Shown here piece by piece: positions 1 to 8,665 of a stretch of 64,000 bases of DNA (within the stretch, counting starts at the first letter, position 1; every line of letters starts with the position of its first letter). The stretch is from Occultella glacieicola (lineage in GTDB: Bacteria > Actinomycetota > Actinomycetes > Actinomycetales > Beutenbergiaceae). The stretch lies in contig NZ_SMNA01000004.1 of assembly GCF_004353825.1 (NCBI RefSeq), positions 186,001 to 250,000 of the forward strand, written 5' to 3'. The notes beneath the pieces are model-generated. The model was given only the letters and a program-made list of their open reading frames with translations, was not told the origin of the DNA and searched no databases. Position numbers and translations under genes: made by a program.

Positions 1-828
1 CTCCGCAGTCTTTCGGGTGACGGCACCCAGCAGCGCCGAGAGTTCGGCGGCCGACTCGACGACGGCGGTGCGCAGCGCCTCCGCATGCAGCGGTGAGTGC
101 CGAACGGACGGGTAGCCGACGCACAGGGCGGCGATGGTGCGTCCGGTGTGGTCGCGGACCGGCGCGGCGACCCCGCACACGCCCGGCTCCTCCTCCTCGA
201 AGTTCGTCGCGTATCCCTGCGCCAGCACCTGCTCGACCAGGTCGTCGAGCTCCGCCGGGGTGCGGTCGAGGGCAGCCCGCCAGGGCGCTCCCTCGAGCAT
301 CGCGGCCCGTCTCGCGGCGCTCTGCCCGGCGAACAGGATCTTCCCGGCGGCCGTGCGGAACGGCAGGGCGGCGCCGTCGTCGGTGAACCGGGCGACCGTC
401 GGGTTGATGTTCAGCAGTTGCTGGCTGACCAGGACGGACAGGTCGACCCGCCGGGCGTCCTTGAGGACGGACAGGTGCACGGTCTCGTCGGTGGCGAGCC
501 ACAGTTCCCGCAGCACCGGTGCGGCCACGGACGCCAGATCGGACTGCTCCACGTAGGCGCGGTTCAGCTGGAAGAACGTGGGTCCGAGCAGGTAGCGCCG
601 CTCCGGCTCCGACTGGCGCACCAGGCCATGGGTGACGAGCGCGCTCAGCAGGGTACGTCCCGTCGAGGGTCGGAGGCCGACGGCGGTGGTCAGGTCCTTG
701 AGGGCGAGTCCGCCCGGTCCGGCGTCGGCCAGGGCATGCAGAAGCGCGACCGAGCGGTCGATGACCTGGATCGGGCTGCGCGGGGTGCCCTGGGCTGCCC
801 CGGGTGGGGCGGTCGCGTCGTCGGTCAT
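1..828 (-). CDS. IclR-family transcriptional regulator (3' end runs off the window)
   Basis: Manual translation (absent from ORF track because there is no stop in the window): MTDDATAP...SPIQVIDRSVALLHAL...GLRPSTGRTLLSALVTHGLVRQ...RRYLLGP (IclR HTH), then ETVHLSV, TAAGK, GYATNFEEEEPGVCGVAAPV (effector domain). Alternative GTG start at 837 with GAGGAG RBS. Confidence 0.9.
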   Translation of the reverse strand, partial: MTDDATAPPGAAQGTPRSPIQVIDRSVALLHALADAGPGGLALKDLTTAVGLRPSTGRTLLSALVTHGLVRQSEPERRYLLGPTFFQLNRAYVEQSDLASVAAPVLRELWLATDETVHLSVLKDARRVDLSVLVSQQLLNINPTVARFTDDGAALPFRTAAGKILFAGQSAARRAAMLEGAPWRAALDRTPAELDDLVEQVLAQGYATNFEEEEPGVCGVAAPVRDHTGRTIAALCVGYPSVRHSPLHAEALRTAVVESAAELSALLGAVTRKTAE

Positions 829-903
829 GGGCGTCACCTCCTCGTCGGGGTTCGGTCGGTTCTCGATCGGTTGTGCTCGCGGGTGCTCGCATGTCCTATC
901 ACT

Positions 904-920
904 GTTCGACATTATCGAAC
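904..920. promoter_or_regulatory. Palindromic operator, probably for the IclR regulator
   Basis: GTTCGA-catta-TCGAAC perfect inverted repeat in the divergent intergenic region between iclR and the 1028 gene. Confidence 0.6.
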
Positions 921-1027
921 TGCTTGCGACACTATGGCGTAATCCGACGGTAGCGGCTACGTTTGAAACGTGTCAACGCAACGGGGCTGACTTGGTCCCG
1001 TGCCAGCCGCTCTCGGAAGGGCAGTCG

Positions 1028-2995
1028 ATGTCGACCTCACCCACCGTCCGTCGCCCACGCCGCCGCGCCGTGCTGCTCGGCGGCCTCGCCACCGTCGGCG
1101 CCGCCGCCGGTTCGGTGTTCGCCGGGGCCCCGTTCGCGCTGCCTGCGCACGGTGCCCCGTCCTCCGCCGGTCCGCTGCCCCCTGTGGCTGCGCTTCCCGA
1201 CGGTCAGCCGGACCGGACCTCCTTCGAACCCGCCGAGCAGCGGTTCGCGACCTTCCTGGTCACGCTCGCCGACATCGCCAACGACGTCGACGACACCGAC
1301 ACCGAACTGCGTGGCTTCATCCACGGGGGCTGGTGGCGCAGCCCTGCCGAACCGTTCAACGCCCGCATCAGCGAACTCGTGTACGTGCTCGCCTGGTTCG
1401 TCACGACCGAACGGTCGTGGAACCCGTACGTGGGGGATCCGGCGCTGCTGGCCCGGCTGGACGCGGCGCTCGACCACTACCTGCGGCTGCAGCACGAGGA
1501 CGGCTCCTGGCCGGAGTACGAACCTCAGGAGCGCTCCAGGGCGGCCACCGCGTTCGCGCTCGGCTACCTGAGCAAGACCCTGGCGCACCTGCGCGCCGCG
1601 GACCTGCTGCCGCAACGGCGGGCCGCGCTCAGCACGGCGATGTACGCCGCCATGACCTGGTTCCTCGACCCGGCGAACACCGGCATCTGGCAACCCGAGC
1701 GGGTCGAGTTCGTGAACCAGCCCATGGCCGGGCTGGCCGGTGCGGCGAAGGCCCTGACGCTCGACCCGGACCCGGCGCTGCAGGCCCTGTTGAGAAACCG
1801 TGTCGACTACCTCGCCGCGCACGGGCAGAGCCCAGCCGGGTTCCTCTACGAGCCCCGCGGGATGGACATCGCCTACAACCTGAACGTGACCCTCACCGAG
1901 GTGATCGAGATCCACGAGGCCCTCGGCCACCCGGTGCTGCTGCCGTTGGTGCGTCGCCTCGCGGACTGGCTCGGATACGCGAACGTGCCCGAGCCCGACG
2001 GCTCCGGGCTCATCTCGTTCGCGTCCGGCGCCGCCCGCACCCCGATGTACTTCCTGGACGACGCCACCACCGACTTCCAGCAGCGCGACCTGGGCTCGGT
2101 GCTCTCGGGCCGGGTGCCTGCGCTGCGGCCGTTCTACACCACCGCGGGAGACCGGGACCGGATCCGGGCCGAGTGGGCCGCCGACCCCGACCCGGTGCCC
2201 GCGCTGACGCCGGGGGCCGTGAACCCACGGATCCCCGCGAACATCGGATATGGCGAGGACTACCCGAGCCGGCGCGCCAAGGACCTCGCGCTCGCGCAGA
2301 TGCCACCCGTGCGCCGGCGCCGGTTCACCGAACTGCGCACCGACCCCCAGGACCAGTACTACCTGTTCGTGCGCCGGCCCAGCCACTACGTGCAGGCCTT
2401 CTTCGGAACCCGCCCGAACGGGGTGGTCCGGGCCGGGTTCGGGCTGCTCTGGCACCCCGAGGGCGGCGTGTTCGTGCACGGCGGGCAGAACTCGAACACC
2501 GAGTGCTGGGCGAGCGTGTTCGCGGCTGGCGGCACCGACGGTGCGTCGAACCTCGCGCCGACGTTCTACGACGGCCCGGTCACGCACGGCCACATCGTCA
2601 CCGACGTCTCCGACGTCGGTGACCTCGGCATCGGCTGGACCACCACCGGCGGCAACGTGACCGGCGCCGCCCTGCTCACCGACGACGGTCTGGTCCGCGA
2701 GATCACCACGACGATGGACGCCCGCGAGCAGATCCCGCTCGTCCTGATGCCGACCGACGACCTGCGCTGGTCCGACGGCACGAGAGCCGAGTACGGGACC
2801 GCCACCACCGCCGTCGCCACCTCGGCGACGCTGACCCGCGGCCAGGTGAGCCTCGTGATCGACTGGGGCTCCGCCGTCGAGGTGACCCTCACCCCGACGG
2901 AGCGGACCTACTTCGCCGACGGCCGCCGTCGGGCCCACATGCTGCGGGTCCCACACGGGCGGGCCGGACGGATCGCCTACACGTTCACCGGCTGA
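1028..2995 (+). CDS. Tat-exported uncharacterised protein, probable helical-barrel plus beta-sandwich glycan-active enzyme (lyase/heparinase-like layout)
   Basis: [19 protein letters not shown] twin-arginine signal ending in AHG-A; helical, Trp/Tyr-rich N-terminal half ([25 protein letters not shown]) and beta-rich C-terminal half; GAAGGG RBS upstream. Confidence 0.6.
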   Translation: MSTSPTVRRPRRRAVLLGGLATVGAAAGSVFAGAPFALPAHGAPSSAGPLPPVAALPDGQPDRTSFEPAEQRFATFLVTLADIANDVDDTDTELRGFIHGGWWRSPAEPFNARISELVYVLAWFVTTERSWNPYVGDPALLARLDAALDHYLRLQHEDGSWPEYEPQERSRAATAFALGYLSKTLAHLRAADLLPQRRAALSTAMYAAMTWFLDPANTGIWQPERVEFVNQPMAGLAGAAKALTLDPDPALQALLRNRVDYLAAHGQSPAGFLYEPRGMDIAYNLNVTLTEVIEIHEALGHPVLLPLVRRLADWLGYANVPEPDGSGLISFASGAARTPMYFLDDATTDFQQRDLGSVLSGRVPALRPFYTTAGDRDRIRAEWAADPDPVPALTPGAVNPRIPANIGYGEDYPSRRAKDLALAQMPPVRRRRFTELRTDPQDQYYLFVRRPSHYVQAFFGTRPNGVVRAGFGLLWHPEGGVFVHGGQNSNTECWASVFAAGGTDGASNLAPTFYDGPVTHGHIVTDVSDVGDLGIGWTTTGGNVTGAALLTDDGLVREITTTMDAREQIPLVLMPTDDLRWSDGTRAEYGTATTAVATSATLTRGQVSLVIDWGSAVEVTLTPTERTYFADGRRRAHMLRVPHGRAGRIAYTFTG

Positions 2996-3938
2996 GGCCC
3001 GCCGGGAACGGGGATCCGGTGAGCCGTTGCGAGACGTCCCAGATCCGGGCGGCGTCGCCGGCGCCGCGCAAGGGAGGGTAGAGGCGTTGCGCGGCGGGCG
3101 GGCCGCCGAGGTGACCCGGGCCGCTCGGTCCGTACAGGACACCGGACCGGGCAGCGGGGTCGGTCGCGGCCATCAGGGCCGGCAGCGTCGCGGACTCGAC
3201 GGTGCCGAGGAGGATGCCGCGGGCCGAGAGCGCCCGGATTGCCCTGACCTGTGGCGAGTCCTGGGTGCGGCCGAGCTCGGGGCGGGCGGCGAGCAGGCTC
3301 GTGGGGGCGACGCCCGGGTGGGCGAGGTTGCTGGTGATACCCCAGCCGTTCGCCGTGCTGCGGCGGTCGAGCTCCAGGCCGAACAGCCCCAGTGCGATCT
3401 TGGACTGGCTGTAGGCGCGTTGCCCCCGATACCCGCGCTCCCAGGCGAGATCGTCCCAGTTGATCCGGCCGGAGCGGGCGGCGATGCTGATCTGCGAGGT
3501 GACCCGGGCGCGGCCGGCCCGCAGCAGCGGCAGCAGCGCGCCGACCAGGGCGACGTGGCCGAGGTGGTTCGTGCCGAACTGGAGCTCGAAGCCGTCGGCC
3601 GTGGTCTGCCGGTCCGGCGGCGTCATCACGCCCGCGTTGTTGATCAGGAGGTGGATCGGGCGGCCCTCACCGCGAAGGGCCTCGCCGAGCGCGGCCACGG
3701 ACGTGAGCGAGGAGAGGTCCAGCCTGCGCAGCGAGACCCGTGCGCCCGGGTGTGCGTCCCGGATCCGCTCCACCGCCGCCTCGCCCTTGCGCGCGTTGCG
3801 CACCGGGAGGACGACCTCGGCGCCGGCCGCGGCCAGGCGAGCGGCGATGCCGAGGCCGATCCCGTCGCTGGCGCCGGTGACCAGGGCGAGTCGTCCGGCC
3901 AGGTCCGGCACGGGATGGTCGAGCAGATGACGTGGCAT
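2985..3938 (-). CDS. SDR family oxidoreductase
   Basis: TGASDGIG nucleotide-binding motif, [14 protein letters not shown], catalytic YSQSK. Confidence 0.92.
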   Translation of the reverse strand: MPRHLLDHPVPDLAGRLALVTGASDGIGLGIAARLAAAGAEVVLPVRNARKGEAAVERIRDAHPGARVSLRRLDLSSLTSVAALGEALRGEGRPIHLLINNAGVMTPPDRQTTADGFELQFGTNHLGHVALVGALLPLLRAGRARVTSQISIAARSGRINWDDLAWERGYRGQRAYSQSKIALGLFGLELDRRSTANGWGITSNLAHPGVAPTSLLAARPELGRTQDSPQVRAIRALSARGILLGTVESATLPALMAATDPAARSGVLYGPSGPGHLGGPPAAQRLYPPLRGAGDAARIWDVSQRLTGSPFPAGLSR

Positions 3939-4135
3939 GGCGGTCCTTCGGATCGGTGGGGCGGGCGTGCCCGCGTTGCGACCTGATCGTGGGCCGATCG
4001 CCGCTCGATATCCAGGACCTCCCGGTCCGAGGCTCCCCGGGCCGCCCGAATACCGCAAGGGGGGATCGATGGGCCGTGGCGCAGCGCCCGAGCTCCGGGT
4101 AGAAACAAGGACGGGAGCCGAGCAGAGGGAGCATC

Positions 4136-4969
4136 GTGATCGATCGCAGCGGATTGGCGGACTTCCTCCGGAGCCGACGGGAGGCGCTGCAGCCGGAGGA
4201 CGTCGGTCTCCCGCGCGGCCCGCGCCGCCGCACCGGCGGGCTACGTCGCGAGGAGGTGGCGGCGCTGTGTCACATGTCCGTCGACTACTACTCCCGGCTC
4301 GAGCGGAAGCGGGGTCCGCACCCGTCCGAGCGCATGCTCGCCTCGATCGCCCAGGGACTGCACCTCTCGCTCGACGAGCGCGACCACCTGTTCCGCCTCG
4401 CCGGGCACAACCCGCCGGCCCGGGGGGCGTTCGGCGACCACATCAGCCCCGGTCTGCTGCGCGTGCTCGACCGGCTGATCGATACCCCGGCGGAGATCAC
4501 GACCGAACTCGGCGAGACCCTGCGGCAGACCCCGCTCGGCGTGGCCCTCGTCGGTGACCTGACGCGTTTCACCGGCCCGGCCCGCAGCCAGGGGTACCGC
4601 TGGTTCACCGACCCCCAGGCGCGGCTGATCCATGCCCCGCAGGAGCACGGGTTCCTCAGCCGGATGTACGCCGCCGGTCTGCGCGAGGTGGTCGGGGTCC
4701 GCGGCCCCCGGTCCCGGGCCGCGCAGCTGGCCGACCTGCTGCTGGACCAGAGTGAGGAGTTCCGACGCATCTGGGACGATCATGAGATCGGCATCCGTCC
4801 GCACGAGGTGAAGCACTTCGTTCACCCGGACGTCGGTCCTCTGGAACTGAGCTGCCAGCGGCTGCTCGACCCGGACCAGTCGCACTGGCTGCTCGTCTAC
4901 ACGGCCGTCCCCGGCAGCGAGAGTCACGAGCGACTCCGGATGCTCTCCGTGGTCGGAGCCTCGCGCTGA
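4136..4969 (+). CDS. XRE-family HTH regulator with MmyB-like ligand-binding domain
   Basis: [20 protein letters not shown]...[12 protein letters not shown]...YYSRLE signature; C-terminal HPDVGPLEL; divergent from the SDR gene, a typical pairing. Confidence 0.9.
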   Translation: MIDRSGLADFLRSRREALQPEDVGLPRGPRRRTGGLRREEVAALCHMSVDYYSRLERKRGPHPSERMLASIAQGLHLSLDERDHLFRLAGHNPPARGAFGDHISPGLLRVLDRLIDTPAEITTELGETLRQTPLGVALVGDLTRFTGPARSQGYRWFTDPQARLIHAPQEHGFLSRMYAAGLREVVGVRGPRSRAAQLADLLLDQSEEFRRIWDDHEIGIRPHEVKHFVHPDVGPLELSCQRLLDPDQSHWLLVYTAVPGSESHERLRMLSVVGASR

Positions 4970-5029
4970 GCCGGGCGTCGTGCCCCCGCGCAGCCCGCAT
5001 AATGGGAGTCCACCCACGTGAGGAGTGCG

Positions 5030-6406
5030 ATGTTCGGCGGAATCTTCGGACGTCAGAAGCCGAGCCCAGCCCCGGAGGTCACCGCCGAGGTCGCCGAGGC
5101 GCTCGTTCGGGCCGACGAGACCGTGCGCCGCGGCACCGACGAGCTCGGCTACGCGACCGCGGAGTTCGGCGAGGTCGACACCCGTGAGCTCGCGGCCGCG
5201 CTCACCCAGGCACGCACGCAGCTACGGGAGGCGTTCCGCCTCAACGGTCTGCTCCTGGACGACGAGCCGGAGACCCCCCAGCAACGTCAACAGCTCGAGG
5301 CCGGGGTGCTCGCTACCACCGCCGAGGTGGACCGGCTGGTGCGCGGCCCCGCCTCGGAGTTCGCCACCCGGCGAGCCGCGCTGCGTGACGCACCGACCGC
5401 GATCGCGCGGCTGCGCGCCGAGACGGGGGACGTCGCGGGCCGGGTGGCGGAGGCACGCTCCGCGCTCGCGACCCTGACCACCCGGTACAGCGAGGAGGCG
5501 ATCGTTGCCGTCGCGGACAACCCGGATCAGGCGGAGGCACTGCTGCAGTTCACCGAGCGCAGCCTCGGACTCGCCGAGCGCCGGCACACCGCCGGTCGCG
5601 GCGAGGAGGCGACCAAGGCGATCCGGGTCGCGTCGGACAGCATCCGTCGCGCCGACGAACTCCTCGATGCGGTCACCGACTACGAGGTGGAGGCGGTCCA
5701 CGCCGAGTCCACCCTGACCGCCGTCCTGGCGGACTCCCGGTCCGACATCGTCGAGGCCCGACACCTGCTCGCGGCCGCCCCGGACCACGAGATCGAGGGT
5801 GCCACGGCCGCCCTCGACGAGGCCGTGGCCGCCGCGGCGACCGGCGAGGCGGCGCGCGACCCGTTCACCACGCTGAGTCGGCTCCGCGCCGCGAACGAGG
5901 CCCTGGACCGGCTCGTTCGGGAACGCCGGAGCCGGCCCGAACGAGAGCGGCTCCGTGCCCATCTGGAGGCGGCGCTTGCCGATGCCGACCGGCAGGTCGC
6001 ACTCGCACGCACGCTGATCGCCGACCACCCCGGATCCACAGGCCCGGACTCCAGGACCCGGCTCGCCCAGGCGGAACGACTGCTGGGCGGCGTCACGCTC
6101 GTCGAGGACCCGCAGGCCGCACTGAGCCAGGGCAGGCAGGCGGCCGACCTCGCAGCGGAGGCGGCCGCGCTCGCACGACGGGACCTCGAGGCCGCGCGCA
6201 TGCGCGAGCAGGAACAACGGTCGCAGTGGGGCGGCGATGGTGGCTGGGGCGAGGACCGCGGTTCCGGCTGGGGCGGTGGGTACGGCGGCGGCCGGGGCCG
6301 CCGTGGCGGGTTCGGGGCCGAAGGGGTGCTCGGCGGCGTCCTCGGCGGGATGGTGCTCGGCGGGATCCTCGATGGTCTGGACGACTTCGACTTCGACTTC
6401 GACTAG
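5030..6406 (+). CDS. Coiled-coil protein resembling the C-terminal part of actinobacterial TPM-domain proteins
   Basis: ALVRADE..ELGYATAEFG, AFRL..LLDDEPET, VADNPDQA, DPFTTLSRL, RTRLAQAER motifs; Gly-rich tail with GGVLGGMVLGGIL; GAGGAG RBS before ATG 5030. Confidence 0.7.
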   Translation: MFGGIFGRQKPSPAPEVTAEVAEALVRADETVRRGTDELGYATAEFGEVDTRELAAALTQARTQLREAFRLNGLLLDDEPETPQQRQQLEAGVLATTAEVDRLVRGPASEFATRRAALRDAPTAIARLRAETGDVAGRVAEARSALATLTTRYSEEAIVAVADNPDQAEALLQFTERSLGLAERRHTAGRGEEATKAIRVASDSIRRADELLDAVTDYEVEAVHAESTLTAVLADSRSDIVEARHLLAAAPDHEIEGATAALDEAVAAAATGEAARDPFTTLSRLRAANEALDRLVRERRSRPERERLRAHLEAALADADRQVALARTLIADHPGSTGPDSRTRLAQAERLLGGVTLVEDPQAALSQGRQAADLAAEAAALARRDLEAARMREQEQRSQWGGDGGWGEDRGSGWGGGYGGGRGRRGGFGAEGVLGGVLGGMVLGGILDGLDDFDFDFD

Positions 6407-6426
6407 GTGCGCGCAGGCTCGTTGAC

Positions 6427-6489
6427 CCCATCCCGGTCGCGGCGGTTCCCGTCCGAGTCGCGGCGATGCCCATCCCGGTCGCGGCGATG
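6427..6489. repeat. Three tandem 21-bp repeats
   Basis: cccatcccggtcgcggcggtt / cccgtccgagtcgcggcgatg / cccatcccggtcgcggcgatg. Confidence 0.8.
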
Positions 6490-6513
6490 CCGATCGCTGA
6501 GGCTGTTCTCTTG

Positions 6514-6574
6514 GCCGACGTCCATCCTCAAACGTTTCACCTGCGAGTTGGGACGTTTGAAGATGGACGTCGGC
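6514..6574. repeat. 22-bp inverted repeat (hairpin; REP-like element or terminator)
   Basis: gccgacgtccatcctcaaacgt ... acgtttgaagatggacgtcggc, one mismatch, 17-nt loop. Confidence 0.75.
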
Positions 6575-6614
6575 TGCGGGCCGGCGGCGCAGCCGTTCGC
6601 CGGTGGCGGAACGG

Positions 6615-6645
6615 TTGACCTGAACGACGGTTGAGGTCGCATGCT
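6615..6645 (+). promoter_or_regulatory. MerR/SoxR-type promoter with dyad in a 19-bp spacer
   Basis: -35 TTGACC (6615-6620), 19-bp spacer, -10 CATGCT (6640-6645); dyad GACCTGAAC-N4-GTTGAGGTC (6617-6638) resembles the SoxR box CCTCAA...TTGAGG; ATG lies 6 nt after -10 (leaderless). Confidence 0.75.
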
Positions 6646-6651
6646 CTGGGG

Positions 6652-8547
6652 ATGAGCATGAACTTCAGCCACTGGCGCGCGCTCGAGTCAGCGATGCGCA
6701 CCGACCAGCCCAAGCGGACCTTCACGCGGGAGACGCTCGGCCGGATCGGTGGCTTCGCACGACCGCACAAGCGCAAGCTGGTCGGCTTCATCGCGCTGTC
6801 CGTGGTCGGCGCGGTGCTGACGGTGATGACGCCGGTGCTGGCCGGGCGCGTGGTGGACGCCATCATCGCCGACGGCCCGGCGGCCACGGTGGTGCTGCTG
6901 GCCGTCGCCATCGCCGCGGTCGCGCTCGTGAGCGCCGGGGTGGGGCTGGTCTCGCGGTGGCTGTCCGCGACCATCGGGGAGGGGCTGATCCTGGACCTGC
7001 GCCGAGCCGTGTACTCGCATGTGCAGCGGATGCCGATCGCGTTCTTCACCCGGACCCGCACCGGCGCGCTGGTGAGCCGGCTGAACAACGATGTGATCGG
7101 CGCCCAGCGGGCCTTCACGTTCACCCTCTCCGGGGTGGTGACGAACGCGATCGCCCTGATCCTCACGCTCGTCGTGATGCTGCGGCTGTCCTGGCAGATC
7201 ACCTTGCTCGCGCTGGTGCTGCTGCCGATCTTCCTGATCCCGGCCCGGCGGATGGGCGGGCGGCTGGCGCAGTTGGAGAAGGAGCGCGCGAACCTGAACT
7301 CCTCGATGACCACGCAGATGACGGAGCGGTTCTCCGCTCCCGGAGCCACCCTGGTGAAACTCTTCGGCCGCCCCGAGGCGGAGGAGGCCGAGTTCGGTGC
7401 CCGGGCCGGGCGGGTCGCCACGATCGGGGTCCGCACCGCGATGGGACAGGGCGTCTTCATGCTCGCGCTGACCCTCGTCTCCGCGCTGGCGCTCGCCCTG
7501 GTCTACGGGCTCGGTGGCTGGATGGCCGTCGCCGGATCGCTCGAGGCCGGCACGGTCGTCACCCTGGCCCTGCTCCTCGGCCAGCTCTACGGCCCGCTGA
7601 CCGCGCTCGCGAGCGCACGCGTGGACGCGATGACGGCGGTGGTCAGTTTCGAGCGGGTCTTCGAGGTGCTCGACCTGCCGCCCCTGATCGAGGAACCCGA
7701 GATCCCGGCGGCCCTCCCGGCCGGCCCGCTGACGGTCGAGTTCGACGAGGTCCGGTTCGGCTACCCGAGCCCGGACAAGGTGTCCCTGGCCTCGCTCGAG
7801 GAGGTCGCCACCCTGGACCGCCGCGGGGGTGTCGAGGTGCTCCACGGGATCTCGTTCCGGGCCGAGCCCGGGCAGGTGGTGGCGCTGGTGGGCTCCTCCG
7901 GCAGCGGGAAGTCGACGATCGCCTCGCTCCTGCCGCGCCTGTACGACGTGGACGCCGGAGCCGTGCGGATCGGCGGCATGGACGTGCGCGACCTGGCCTT
8001 CGCGGACCTGCGCGGGGCGCTCGGGATGGTCACCCAGGACGGGCACCTGTTCCACGCCTCGGTGGCGGAGAACCTCCGCTACGCCGCGGCCACTGCCACC
8101 GACGCCGACCTGTGGCAGGCGCTCGAGCGGGCCCGGCTCGCCGAGCTGGTCTCCGCGCTGCCGGACGGGCTGGAGACGGTGATCGGCGAGCGCGGCTATC
8201 GCTTCTCCGGCGGCGAGCGGCAGCGGCTGACGATCGCCCGGCTGCTGCTCGCGCGGCCGCGGGTGGTGATCCTGGACGAGGCGACGTCGAGTCTGGACGC
8301 GACCTCCGAGGCCGACGTCAGCGCCGCGCTCGGTGCGGCACTGGAGGGCCGCACCGCACTCGTGATCGCGCACCGGCTGTCCACCGTGGTCGGGGCCGAC
8401 CAGATCCTCGTGGTCGAGTCCGGCCGGATCGTCGAGCACGGCGACCACGCCACCCTGCTGGCCGACGGCGGCCGCTACGCACAGCTGTACCGCACCCAGT
8501 TCGCGGGTGGCCGGCACGGCGAGGAAGCGCCGTCGGTGGGGCACTGA
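6652..8547 (+). CDS. ABC exporter, fused permease/ATP-binding subunit
   Basis: TM domain, Walker A GSSGSGKST, signature FSGGERQR, Walker B ILDEATSSLD, IAHRLST. Confidence 0.93.
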   Translation: MSMNFSHWRALESAMRTDQPKRTFTRETLGRIGGFARPHKRKLVGFIALSVVGAVLTVMTPVLAGRVVDAIIADGPAATVVLLAVAIAAVALVSAGVGLVSRWLSATIGEGLILDLRRAVYSHVQRMPIAFFTRTRTGALVSRLNNDVIGAQRAFTFTLSGVVTNAIALILTLVVMLRLSWQITLLALVLLPIFLIPARRMGGRLAQLEKERANLNSSMTTQMTERFSAPGATLVKLFGRPEAEEAEFGARAGRVATIGVRTAMGQGVFMLALTLVSALALALVYGLGGWMAVAGSLEAGTVVTLALLLGQLYGPLTALASARVDAMTAVVSFERVFEVLDLPPLIEEPEIPAALPAGPLTVEFDEVRFGYPSPDKVSLASLEEVATLDRRGGVEVLHGISFRAEPGQVVALVGSSGSGKSTIASLLPRLYDVDAGAVRIGGMDVRDLAFADLRGALGMVTQDGHLFHASVAENLRYAAATATDADLWQALERARLAELVSALPDGLETVIGERGYRFSGGERQRLTIARLLLARPRVVILDEATSSLDATSEADVSAALGAALEGRTALVIAHRLSTVVGADQILVVESGRIVEHGDHATLLADGGRYAQLYRTQFAGGRHGEEAPSVGH

Positions 8548-8665
8548 CGCCCCGCCGCGCCCGAATTGTCACTGCGGTTCCCAGCCGCGCACGTGTACGG
8601 TCGGTGGTGCCACGAGGGGGCCCTTGCAGCTTCGCCGTCCGATCACCACGGAGGTATCGAAACAC

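Noticed and set aside
93..942. Plus-strand ORFs 93-386, 97-942 and 134-556
   Set aside because: Shadows of the minus-strand IclR gene, which the ORF track missed because it lacks a stop in the window.
6427..6489. Possible CRISPR array
   Set aside because: Repeats are directly adjacent with no unique spacers, and there are no cas genes.
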